A program made the translations under genes and the position numbers. A stretch of 63,567 bases of DNA, counting the filler, from Octopus bimaculoides (Eukaryota), in the NCBI RefSeq assembly GCF_001194135.2. It is 7 parts of 7 records of this genome, joined end to end, with 100 filler letters (N's around TTAATTAATTAA, not from the genome) between each part and the next. Parts side by side here need not be neighbours in the genome. Positions count along the whole stretch, not along the records: positions 21,952 to 40,367 come from NC_068986.1; 6 more parts are not named here. One strand, written 5' to 3'. Positions within the stretch are counted from its first letter, which is position 1; the number at the start of each line of letters is the position of its first letter. Below, piece after piece: positions 25,725 through 38,604 of the stretch. Under the pieces are notes generated by a model that worked only from the letters and a program-made list of their open reading frames with translations, was not told where the DNA came from and did no database searches.

Positions 25725-26724
25725 CCTTCTGTTTTGACGACTGCTTCAATGCGGGGCAAGAGTCATTGATATGCCAGCATTAAATGGTGCTCATTCATTT
25801 CCATTGTCCATGTGGACAATGGTGGCCTTCAGTGAAGCTCTGGTAATGTGAGGACGTTGATTAGTTCCCCTTTCAGCAACGCTCCAAACGTGTAGTCCGT
25901 GTGATTTTAATCTGACGAGTTTGGCATCCACAAGTTTAGTGTTCGATAGCCAATTATGCTTTACGTGAGCTTTGTGAGAAGGCACTGAGTTTCGTTGAAA
26001 CAAGTATGGTCTTCCACTGCATACTTCATCAATCCAGAGCTTAATATCTCGCAGCGCCTAAACGTACCCAACAGCATTAATTCTAAAACCCTGTGGAGAG
26101 ATCTAAGATGGCATAACATTACCTTCGTTATTCATCACTCCTAAAACCGTCACAATTGCTAGAAACTTAGTGTGTATCATCCTGTGATCATCGGAAGGAT
26201 CTACACCTAACCATCTGCCATTTCTCATGTTAGACATTTGGACTTAGTCCAAGTTTTACTTATCAGAAAAGAACCAAAAACATACCATGTGGTGAGGGAT
26301 TTTAACTTTGTTATGTAACTGGTTGGTACGGATTAACCGGTCTTTCTGTATGTTTGCAAGCATGAATATGGTATCGTCTTGAGTACATACGACTTGCATC
26401 GAATTCATGCACCACAGTTCTGATCACCCACTCTGACACAACATTCTTTTGCAATGACTGTCATTGATTTCTCGGTATCATCATCGATAATCATCATGAA
26501 CCCGTTGGATAAACTAAGAAGTTTTTATAGCGTCTGAACATTTAGAGCATTTTGCTTTTCTCTTTGACACAGTTCAAATATTCCAGCTCGAGGCTTTCAG
26601 TTCCATCCGAACTATGTGTACAAAAGATCTTGCAGCATTTAGAAAGTCGGTGAATTCCTAGATCACTGCGTTCTGCACGCATGGCAACTATGACTGCATA
26701 TCTTTGCATTTCTTGTGTTAGCAT
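25725..26724 (-). mobile_element. Tc1/mariner-superfamily transposase pseudogene, maT (DD37D, Bmmar1-like) type
   Basis: Relics MLTQEMQRYAVIVAMRA, WFFSDK, HTKF...VTVLGV.NNEG.VMP, GRPYLFQRNSVPSHKA, VWSVAE.GTN, RIEAVV. Many stops and frameshifts. Confidence 0.8.
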
Positions 26725-27519
26725 TTTATCTGCTAAGGAGGAACCGAAAGCAATAAAAACCCTTTAATTGAATTGAAGGAAATAATATACTGATAATTAG
26801 GTGTCCTCAAATGCCTTTTGCAGCCTGCACTAAATCATATCAACAGACAAATAACTAAATGAATACTTGCTTGTAAATAAATGAATAACAAACATCGATG
26901 CATTGAGTGACATAATTTTTTAAAATTTGGTAAATTTCGGACGCGGGAGAATAACTATGAAAACAGCTTTTGAAAATTGTGTAAAAGTACCCTTATTGAT
27001 GGTAAAATGTGAGAGTTTGATTCTTTGTAGCAGCTGCTGGCCATTATTTTCTGTCTATAGGGGTACTTTTACCCGATTTTCTCTAGCTGTTTTCACAACT
27101 ACTCTCCTGCGAACAAGATTTCTTAATTTCTATAAATAACTACATAAGATAAATTCCTAATGGAGATTCATGAATACATTTTATAGACTTTAGAGTTACT
27201 GATATGTTGATAGAATTCCGTTCCCAATAATCAATCATACATACAGCCATTTAATAGACAATTTCAGAAAACAATACGTTCTCGTAGCAACCCCTGGTTT
27301 CAGCCAACACTGTCAGCTATAAAATCTTGCAAGATATCTTTCTCTTCCCAACCTACTTTTGCTTTATTGTTTAATAAAATTTATGGATTAGGAAGTCAGA
27401 AGAGGTGTGAACTGGTGGGCAGTGATGAAAAAGAAATATTTAATCCCTTCGTTTTTATATCTTTCTTACAGCAAACCAATTTAAACCGTATTTTAACAGT
27501 TTAATATTCACAAATTGCT

Positions 27520-27735
27520 AAGATTGGTTTCAAACTTTGACACAAGTTTGGGAGGAAGAGCTAAGTTGATTAAATTGGCCCAAGTGTTCAACTGGCACTA
27601 ATTTCATCGACCCCGAAAGGATGAAAAGCAAAGTCAACCCTTCTGGCGGAATTTGAACTCAGAACGTAAAGACGAACCAAAAGCCACCATGCATTGAGCC
27701 CGGTACTGTAACGATTTTGCCCGCTCGCCGACTTC
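27520..27735 (-). mobile_element. SINE family C
   Basis: atcgaccccgaaaggatgaaaagcaaagtcaacc...ggcggaatttgaactcagaacgtaaagacg. Confidence 0.8.
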
Positions 27736-28142
27736 ACAAATTGACAATCACCACTAAATTCATCCGATCCCACTGTGAGGTCTTTTCCTTTCACTTTCTT
27801 TTTTTTCTTCTTCTTTTTAGTTCGTCAAAAAGGCAGCACCTACCAGAGGGAGGAAGGTATTCTCAAACTGGATCCGACTTGATCCGAACTTTTACAACTA
27901 AGCGGACTCTACCAAAAGCACCCAGGATACCAGGTGATGGTGATGTTTAAACCGGGTGACATATTAAGTCTACCATGGCCTTTGCTGGAGTAAATACCGC
28001 AAGGCGTTTATTCCAGTTTTTACACTTCTGCCAACTCATCGACCTGTATTAGTTTGTATTTGTATTTTCTTTTATAAACTCGAAAAAGATGAAAGACAAA
28101 GTTGATGTTGATAGGATTTGAATTCAGAACGTAGGAGCTTCG

Positions 28143-28179
<37 letters not shown>

Positions 28180-28894
28180 TATATATATATACACATACAC
28201 ACACACACACATTCACACACACATACACACATATACACGAATGCCGTATTTATCCAGCGCTCTAATGACTCTCACTATCCATAACCTACTTTTACTTTAT
28301 TATTTATTGAGCATAGCAATAATATGTGTTAATCAGTGAAAAACCTGATCAACTTATCAATAATTCAAGCATCGACACTGTAAACATCACTGCATTGTGG
28401 AAGACAGCACAGAACTATTGTCAAGTTGTGAAAGAGACAATATACCACCGCTGGTACTAAACAATGATAGACAATACATAAACTGTTGTTAGTGTTACCT
28501 GACCGCAGGAAAAAGTGCTAGAAAAGTGACAATATATCGATACATGTATCAGGGACATAGTAAGATTCGCGACGAATTTGGCGCTCGCAGTCTTAATATA
28601 TAATCCCATTTGTACGATACATAACGCCCTATACAGTGATCCCTACTCACAGGGCCGAAGACCTGTACCGGGTCGTGAATTATTTGGTACCGGGTCGCTC
28701 AGAAAGAATAAATTTTTGAATTTTATTTCCATTTTAATGACGATCGCAGTCTGCAGAGTATTTTCACCTCATATATGTATTACATATGTAATACAAATGT
28801 ATTATATTCGTAATATATGTATATACGTACGTATGTATGTATGTATGTATGTATGTATGTATGTATGAATGAATGCATGCATGTGTGCATGTAT

Positions 28895-29900
28895 GTCACT
28901 TAGTCACTCATAGTGTAGATGACATGCAAATACTTATGAATCGCAATTCTGCTTCTTGCAAGGCATTTGGACTCAGCATTAGCCTGGACAAGACTGTTAT
29001 AATGTTACTGCCTGCACCAGGAAATCCAAATGTGGAACCAGCTATCTTGGTTGAAGGAACAATTCTGAAGGTGGTAGAAAAGTTTCTCTACCTAGGGAGC
29101 ACACTCAGCCGTTCTTGCTCCCTGGATGATGAAATATCTTTCAGGCTGCAGAGAGCAACTGATTCATTCCGGTCTCTTCAGTCTCGTGTCTGATCCCAGC
29201 ATGGTATCACAGAACAAGCAAAAATTGCTCTATGCTGTGCATGTGTACTGATATCGCTCCTTTACTCATGTAAAACATGGACACTTTACAAACGTCATGT
29301 AAAGGTCCTTGAACGCTTTCATCAGAGATGTCTGAGACATATTCTGAATGTTGGCTGAACCTTAAAAACTCCAGATACACAGGTCTTGAAGAAAGCTGAT
29401 ATCTTGAGGCGATGGTGCACGAGCACCGGTTATGTTGGACTGGACACTTTATTAGAATGAAGGATAGCAGGATCCCTAAACAGACGTTATATGGGGAACT
29501 TGTTAATGGAAAGAGACCTCGGTAGAAACCAAGGCTGCGATTTAAGGACTGTGACAAATCCTCATTAAAGGCCTGTGATATGCAAGAGACTGACTGGGAG
29601 AGCAATGCCTGTCATTGCCACAGATGGGGGAAGCAGGTTAAGTAAGGAAGGGGTCAGCACCTTTGAGAGAGCACGTATTCTGCATGAAGAACTTAAGAGT
29701 GCTGCTCGAAAGCGCACTGCTGGTATAGTGAATGGGGAACGCTTGGTTTGCAATGTTTGCAGTTGTGTATGTTTGTCAAGAACAGGGCTCATTAGCCACC
29801 AACGGAGCATCAAATGCAAAATAAAAGTTAGTCCTAGAGCGCACAATGTTCCTGAAGGTCAGCAATGGTCTTCCTCGGTCACGAGTAGATGACCATTATG
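28895..29900 (+). mobile_element. RTE-clade (BovB-like) LINE, 5'-truncated and decayed
   Basis: RT C-terminal peptides FGLSISLDKT, FLYLGSTLS, LERFHQRCLRHIL, SRIPKQTLYGEL and terminal CNVCSCVCLSRTGLISHQR. Contains stops and frameshifts and ends in a (TATG)n tail. Confidence 0.9.
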
Positions 29901-29940
29901 TATGTATGTATGTATGTATGTATGTATTATAGATGTAATG

Positions 29941-30290
29941 TGAAGGCGCATGGTTCGGCGGTAAGAGCGTCGGTCTCACAATCATGAGATAGCGAATTCG
30001 ATTCCCGGACCGGGCTGTGTTGTGTTCTGGAGCAAGATACTTTATTTCACGTTGCTCCAGAGTTCACTCGGCTGTAGAAATGAAATTCGACGTCGCTGGT
30101 GCCAAACTCTATCGGCCTTTGCCTTTCCTTTTGACAACGTCGGTAGCGTGGAGAGGGAAAGCTGGTAAGCATGGGCGACTGCTGGTCTTCCATAAACAAC
30201 CTTGCCCGGACTCGTGCCTCAGACAGAAACTTTCTAGGTGCAATCCTATGGTCATTCATGACCGAAGGAGGTCTTTATCCTATAGCTTAG
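29941..30290 (+). mobile_element. SINE family D (tRNA head, CORE-like tgtgttctggagcaagatac segment)
   Basis: Head ggcgcatggttcggcggt...ttcgattcccgg. Shares gttgtgt.ct.gagcaaga.a.tt..tt..acgttgctccag with 38790-38922. Confidence 0.7.
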
Positions 30291-30982
30291 ACGTAATAAT
30301 TAAATTATATATTAAGCATTTCATTGAACTATGTTATGTTCCCTTGGTCACTGGAAAAAATTATCTTGCGTGAAATCGGCTCGTGGTACAAAAAGAATGT
30401 TGGTGACTGCAGCTATACAGTAAGAAGTCTGTCCCTCTTTCACTTCACATTGTAGACAACTTCCGGTATTTAAAGTACTCTACATATTGAACGAAGGAAA
30501 AAATGAGATAGCTCCATAATAAACCGGAAGTGTTGTTATACTTGGGTTACGTAGTGATTGGGGAGATAATGTGGTGTGTTTAAATATTCGAATCAATGTC
30601 AAGACTCACTGAAACGTTGTTTATCATCTCTAATCGATCGCTCTTCTATTCCAGATATGTTTCAGTCCAATATATTCATTGTCTGACCGGATTAAAACCG
30701 CCAACTGCGCTTATGATGACCTCAGTTAATTGTTTAATAAAACAGAATTAGACAAAAGCCTTTTAACAACTTCAGTCCGACAAATAAAATAGGAACAGCA
30801 GGATTCCATTCGTAAGAAGCTCAGTAACAGGAATATATATGTGTGTGTGCGTGTGTGTGTGTGTGTGATTGTATGTGTGTGTGTGTGTGTGCGTGTATAT
30901 TTTGTATGTGTGTGTCTGTGTGTATATGTATGTGTATATATATAGAGATAGATAGATAGATATACACACATACATACATACT

Positions 30983-31015
<33 letters not shown>

Positions 31016-31058
31016 GTATGTATGCATGTATGTATATACATGTATGTATGTATGTATG

Positions 31059-31091
<33 letters not shown>

Positions 31092-31351
31092 GTATGTATA
31101 TCTATCTATACATAGGCAAGCGTGTGTACGTGTGTGTGTGTATATACACACACATACGTACGCACGCTTGCCTCACATTACGATGTTCTAAAGATGTGAC
31201 TTTCTTTATTACTCCGTATGACATACAGAAACATAGATTAAAAATCAATGACGCCTCGTAAAACGTTGTAACTGCGTTCAGCCTGGTATCATAGTGAATG
31301 TTAACACGGATTTGCTTAAGTATTTTGTACTAGCCAAGACACTCATGCGTG

Positions 31352-31398
<47 letters not shown>

Positions 31399-31988
31399 CA
31401 TGTAATGTATGTATACGCATGTACATGTATGCATATAGGTGCGTGAGTGTATGTTTTTACGCGTACGGCTTTTTATGTATCGTGTCTTAAATATGTATAA
31501 CAGTTGTATATAAATAAATGTTTGTAATAATGTGTAAGTATGTTTGTATGTATGCATGTGTGTGTGCGTATATCTCTGTATTTATGTGCGTAAGCGTATC
31601 GAAGCAATTTGTAGGCGTGTGTATGTATAAGTCTGTATATGTTTGATTATGTGTTCGTATGCGTATACATGTGTTCGTAGAAGTATGCGTGCATGAGTCT
31701 GTATACTTTTGTGTGTGCGTGTGTGTGTGGTGGGGTGTATACGTACACACGTGGTTGTAGGAGTGAGTATGTGTGAGTCTGTATGTGTTTGTAGGCGTGT
31801 GTATCTGAGTCGGTATGTTTTTGTGTATGTTTTTGTGTATGTGTGTATATATGCGTAAACCTGTGTTTGTAGGGGTGAGTACGTGTATGTCTGTTTGTGT
31901 TTGTTGGCGTGCGCTTGCGCGAGTGTATATGTATGTGTTTGTATCTCTGTGTGTGTGTGTGTGTGTGTGNNNNNNNNNNTGTTTGTAT

Positions 31989-32050
<62 letters not shown>

Positions 32051-33782
32051 AAGACACACAGAGAGAGCGCAAGGAATGCTGCCATAATAGAGTGTGTTTA
32101 AGAATGTTTATGTCAATCGTTGTTGAGCTAATCAAGTTACCTCTCCGTGGACAAATATTAACGTCACGGCACACGTGAGTAGAATTAGCCAATTGTTTCT
32201 ACAAAGCTTTCATTGCTTCTACTCTGTGTGTTTATGAATCAGATTGTGTTGTGGTAAATGTGTAAACAAGTGCCTAGCAACCGTAAACCAAGCAGCAAAA
32301 GAAAGAGCAGCTTGTTTGAACGTGAAAACATAGTCAGCTAGCAACGTGTTGGAGATATTTCTGCACTTCTGCATATATGGATTTTCTGTGCGCTCGTTCA
32401 CCTTTATGAGCAGAATGTTTGCATTTAAACGTATGGGACTACGTCATACATTATTACATACACACACACACACATAGACGCACACACACATAGACGCACA
32501 CACACACGCATATACATACATACACAAACACACATATGCACACACATGCATATACATATATATACATACATACATATATATANNNNNNNNNNNNNNNNNN
32601 NNNNNNNNNNNNNNNNNNNNNNNNNNNNNNNNNNNNNNNNNNNNNNNNNNNNNNNNNNNNNNNNNNNNNNNNNNNNNNNNNNNNNNNNNNNNNNNNNNNN
32701 NNNNNNNNNNNNNNNNNNNNNNNNNNNNNNNNNNNNNNNNNNNNNNNNNNNNNNNNNNNNNNNNNNNNNNNNNNNNNNNNNNNNNNNNNNNNNNNNNNNN
32801 NNNNNNNNNNNNNNNNNNNNNNNNNNNNNNNNNNNNNNNNNNNNNNNNNNNNNNNNNNNNNNNNNNNNNNNNNNNNNNNNNNNNNNNNNNNNNNNNNNNN
32901 NNNNNNNNNNNNNNNNNNNNNTATATATATATATATATACATACACATTCACACTGCGCACGTATGTTTTGCCTGTGTATCATAATGTAATAGTATATAC
33001 ATACATACGTACGTACATACATACATACATACATACATACATACATACATACATACATACATACATACATGTATGTACACATGCATACATATATACATGA
33101 ATATATCTTCATACTTATATAAATTAGAATTTTCATAACTGGGCAGTTGTATGTATGTATGTATGTATGTATGTATGTATGTATGTATGTGTGTGTGTAT
33201 GTGTCTGCATGTGTCTGAATACGTGTGTGTGTGCGCGCGCGTGTGTATACCATACAACTTTCTAGAAAAGTATGTGTTGCAGTGTCTAAGCTCGGTAAAG
33301 AGGGGAAAAAAATCAGGCAAAAAAAAATTAAAGAAAGAAAATTAAGGCAGAAGCAAAAACAAAACAACAAAAATATTGCTTGATAATAAAAACAACCATT
33401 TAAGCAAACACAACAATAACACAGACAAGAAGGTAGTCACGTGTACAAAAGCTGAGCCTCGATGTGGATTTTTTTGTTTGTCTTTAGAAGTCTGAAGACT
33501 ATAGAGTAACACGAGCGAGGAGAGGAAAGAGGAAAAAATATGGAACAGCAACAATAGACATGGCATTGGTACGGAGGACAAATACAATAGATCACGTGAA
33601 AGTGTGTTTAGTATGCCTGAGTATATGCTGTATGTGTCTGTAAGTGTGCGCGTGTGTGTGTCTGTGTGTGGATACGCATATGTATATATACATACCTATG
33701 TATATACATGCGTATATATTCATATATATATATATATATATGTATGTATATAGATAGATAAGTGACAGGACAGACAAATTGA

Positions 33783-33861
<79 letters not shown>

Positions 33862-33882
33862 CAGACAGACAGACAGACAGAC

Positions 33883-33933
<51 letters not shown>

Positions 33934-34384
33934 CATAGTTTATGTACAGTAGCAATACCAGGAGGTACAACACTCACTAACAGGAGACCTCTACGCAGTT
34001 ACTGTAACTGCTAGGAAAAGCAGCCAAATCTCCCACGTAGATACACTGTCAGAAAAAGAAAAGAAGATACGGACACGTTTAGAATGTTATTCTGAATATG
34101 AGTTTGTTTAATCAAAGCAGACGTGTGGTTAAACAGCTACAACTACGAGTCGACGAGAAAGGCTTTTATATGGTTACTGAGATTGCCAGAGATAGCAGCC
34201 AGTTCTCTCTCAAATCAAAGTTTATTTCTCAAAGAAGAAATAATTCATTGGATAATGCGGGGCTAGATGTGTTAAGTTTGAAAAAAGACCTGAGTGTCTC
34301 AGTAATAATGCATCTTTTCATAGTCTATGCAATGAGGATAAGACTTTTGTTAAACTTCTATAACTGTTCATATTATTTTCTACT

Positions 34385-34585
34385 CTAGGAACAAGTCTGA
34401 AATTTTGGAGGAAGGTGGGGAGTTTAGTTGATTCCATCGACATCAGTACTTATTTTATCGATCCTGAAAGCATAGAAGGCAAAGTCGATCGCAGCAGATT
34501 TCAAACTCATAACGTGTAGCCAGGAGAAATACAGCTAAGCATTTTGTCCGACGTGCTAACAATTCTACCATCTCACTAACTTTAA
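34385..34585 (-). mobile_element. SINE family C, diverged
   Basis: Reverse-complement homology, a near neighbour of 34818-35025. Confidence 0.75.
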
Positions 34586-34817
34586 ACCTAATAATATGGC
34601 GTCTAACTTGGCCCAAGATAACTACTTATTTAATTTTGATGGGGTTAAGATTTAATTACATCGAACATGATATAATACTGGTAGCTTTTTATCGATCTCT
34701 GGACTATAGAAACTAAAGTTGAAATTAACAGCAATAGAGTAAGGCTTATTGAGAGAACGACTACCGATTCTTTCTCACATTATATTTATATAACAACAAT
34801 AATAACAATAATAATAA

Positions 34818-35025
34818 TAGTTTCAAATTTTGGCACAAGGCCAGCAATTTCGGGAGAACGGCTACGTCGATTACATCGATCCCAGTATTCAACTGGTACT
34901 TATTTTATCGACCCCGAAAGGATGAAAGGGAAAGTCGACCTCGGCGGAATTTGAACTCAGGACGTAAATACGGGCAAATTACCACTAAGCATTTTGCCCG
35001 GCGTGCTAACGATTCTGCCAACAAC
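34818..35025 (-). mobile_element. SINE family C
   Basis: Reverse complement, well conserved. Confidence 0.88.
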
Positions 35026-36344
35026 CTAGTTATAATGGAGCAAAGTAAAAAAATCTCTATAGATATGTAGTTTTTATTCGAATAAAGTTTTGTGAAGTCT
35101 TCAATGAATAGTAAAATCTTAAAAATGTAATTTTCAATATACTTTCAGAAAAAAATTCATTGTCATTTCTTATGTGGTTCTCAACTTCATAATCAAATCG
35201 CACGACGAGCAACAACTACTTTTTTTCTCCGTTTGAATGATCATATATAGATACTATCAAAAATTTAGCAAGTTTTGAAATCAATGAGGATTAGCAAAAC
35301 TTCATGTACAGATGGAATATTTGGCGAACGTTTAAATACGGGGGTAGATCATAGAGACAGTTGTAAATAATCTACGTAACACGATCTATCGAAAGAGTGA
35401 AAAAAAAGCGGCCATTTTGAAACTATAATGGGATCTTAGTGATTTTTCAAACTAATTGCAATGACCAGTAAGTTGCTCTTAACATTATGAGAGAGAGAGA
35501 GACAATGGATATAATTTTAATAAGCCAGCAACCTGCATTCGTGGAAAGCGATCATGCACAGGACGTTGCGACGTATAACTGAAGATATCATTGAATACAA
35601 ATCAACTTTGTTAACGTCCAGAAGTTTTAGGCTTAGTTGACACCGGAATGTGATGAGGAAAATCGTCAGAAAGTACGGAAAAACCAAAACTGGTAGTAAA
35701 CATAGTGGAAGTATTACATAAAGATTGTAATTGCTGTGGATATGTTCATTAGAGATTGGTAGAATATTTTACTATTGAAACAGGTGTAAATGGATATCAT
35801 CAGAAAATACAGAATACCTGAAAGCGAGTAAACATAATGAAAGTAGTATATAAAAGTACTAATTATTGTGGATATGTTTATGATAGAATGATAGACTATT
35901 TTGCTGTTGAAACTGGTGTTAGAGAGCGCTTTATCCAGTCTATCAATTCTTCTACAGCTATAAATGTTCGACTGAAGCAATATAATGCAGAAAAACTCGT
36001 AAATATATGGAACAATAAAAAAATACTACATATTTTGAGTTTTAACCGATTATTTTCGCGATATCATTCTTTCCATTTTATTTCTTCACCGAAAACTAAT
36101 GCCGTAACACCGAAGTATTTATACTTATTTATAACACTTCATTGGGCACTTTTGTGAAGTATACATCGATTAAAACGAGTTAAGGTGTATTATATGCATG
36201 TATATCTTTATACAAATTAACGTATATTCTATGTGTGTATGTGTATGTATATATATACACATAAATAAGGATATTATTATTAAATAATAATAATAATAAT
36301 ATAAGTGACTAGCAAGCATAAAAAACAAACAGGTAAATTTATAA

Positions 36345-36470
36345 ATTTATAATCAAGGGTACAAGACAGTACCAGCGTTGCTAGAAATAAGAGTAAAAAA
36401 TACTCAATGAGTATTTTTCGATTCTTATTTCTAGCAATGCTGGTACTGTTTTGTACCCTTGATTATAAAT
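36345..36470. repeat. Near-perfect 126-bp palindrome
   Basis: Arms of 62-63 nt around a single central A at 36407, with three G:T mismatches and one small internal loop. Confidence 0.95.
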
Positions 36471-36736
36471 ATATATGCATATATATANNNNNNNNNNNNN
36501 NNNNNNNNNNNNNNNNNNNNNNNNNNNNNNNNNNNNNNNNNNNNNNNNNNNNNNNNNNNNNNNNNNNNNNNNNNNNNNNNNNNNNNNNNNNNNNNNNNNN
36601 NNNNNNNNNNNNNNNNNNNNNNNNNNNNNNNNNNNNNNNNNNNNNNNNNNNNNNNNNNNNNNNNNNNNNNNNNNNNNNNNNNNNNNNNNNNNNNNNNNNN
36701 NNNNNNNNNNNNNNNNNNNNNNNNNTATATATATAT

Positions 36737-36900
36737 ATAGTGGAAATTTATAGAAAAACAAAAGACAAAGACAAGTGTCTGAACAACAAACAGTTGTATT
36801 CGTCTGAGGCTCGGGAAAATGAAAAAGTCTTTTATGTTTCGAGCCTACGCTCTTCAACAGAAAGGAATAAGAGAAAATAAACAGTGTGAATGAAAGAAAA
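36737..36900. repeat. Module F copy
   Basis: About 150 bp aligning with 54105-54260. Confidence 0.75.
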
Positions 36901-36930
36901 ACGTGTAGATTTAGCGGTCAAGCACGGTGA

Positions 36931-36965
<35 letters not shown>

Positions 36966-37941
36966 TTTATACATACATATGTATATATACATATACACAC
37001 ATACCTACGTATATACATACATACATACATACATACATACATACATAGCTCCCTGTCTCAGTCGATGTTGAGTTGAATGTATACACACTGTTATCATAGA
37101 ATCAGAAAGAAACTGTCATTTCTATTAAAATAGTGTGAAAAATATTTTGTGCTCAGATCTTTATTTTTAAACATGAATAAATAACACATTGACAATCCTA
37201 AAATGTTATCTAGACTTCACTAAATGTTACTAAATGTTAGTAAATGTCACTAAATCAAAATAGACAACTTCAAATTTAGAGACTAACGTATAGATGCATA
37301 CATACATGTGTACATACATACACACACATATTTATACATACATTCACACATACACACGCATATATATATATATATATATATGTACATATATATGTGTGTG
37401 AAGAGAGAGGGAGAGAGAGAGTCATCTACATATACACAGGCATTCGTCTACACACACATTCAAACACACATGGACACTTAATCTACAAACAGCGACACGC
37501 ACGGCTGCACACCTACACACACACACACTCACACACACATACACACATACACAAATATGAATACACACACACGCACATACACATACACACAAACACACAA
37601 ATATGAATACGCACACACACGCACATACACACTCAATAACATAGACAGCCAACACACAAACACTCAGGTATTCTAATCATACACTCCCAGGCACTCCCCA
37701 CATACATAGACACGCATAGTTACACGTCCACATCCACACACACACACACATTCAGTTATTCATCTATATACACTCTCATACACAAAACGCATTCATCTTC
37801 AAACGCACCCTCACAAAGACTCGCGCATACACACACTAACAAATACCTCTTTTTGATTTATGATTTGATCAGAGTATGATCGTAACTATTTTCGTGGTAC
37901 CTAAAGACTGGTTGAGAAAAGGACACGAAGTTAATGTTCTG

Positions 37942-38146
37942 CTCTACTCTAGGCACGAAATTTTGGGGGAGGGGGCTAGACGATTAGCTCGACCCCCAGT
38001 ACGCAACTGGTACTTAATTTATCAACCCTGAAAGGATGAAAAGCAAAGTCGACCTTGGCGGAATTTGAACTCAGAACGTAAAGACAAACGAAATACCTCT
38101 AAGCATTTCGCCCACCGTGCTAAAGTTTCTGCCAGTCCGCTGCCTT
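37942..38146 (-). mobile_element. SINE family C, left member of a head-to-head pair
   Basis: Reverse complement of the family C consensus. Confidence 0.85.
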
Positions 38147-38194
38147 TACGAAGGCAGCGGACAAGACTAAGACTATTGGACAAGATTAAGACGG

Positions 38195-38388
38195 CGAGCA
38201 GACAAAATCTTTAGCACGCCGGACAAAATGCTTAGCGGAATTTCGTCCGTCTTTACGTTCTGACTTCCAATTCTGCCGATGTCGACTTTGCCTTTCATAA
38301 AATAAGTATAAGTTGAAATCTGGGATCGCTGTAATCGACTTATCCCCTCCTCTGCAATTGCCGGCCTTGTGCCAAAATTTGAAGCCAA
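38195..38388 (+). mobile_element. SINE family C, right member of a head-to-head pair
   Basis: aagacggcgagcagacaaaatc...gtcgactttgcctttca...ggccttgtgccaaaatttgaag. Confidence 0.8.
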
Positions 38389-38604
38389 TATTTGATAAAA
38401 GTGAATTCCCTATAAAGTATCCAATGGTTATATGATGGTTTTAATGAATCTTACGGGTGGATTAAATCTACCACCAAAGAAGAGGAACTGGCCATCCGTC
38501 CAAACTCCACACAGTTTTCCCTCTATCAAATTTTCTAAGGATTCGGTAAACTCGAAGCTTTGATTGAAGACACTTACCCAAGTTACTGTACAGGGGTAAC
38601 AATC

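Noticed and set aside
31922-32012. Direct repeat tgtttgtatctctgtgtg either side of a 10-N gap
   Set aside because: Typical unmerged contig overlap, so an assembly artefact.
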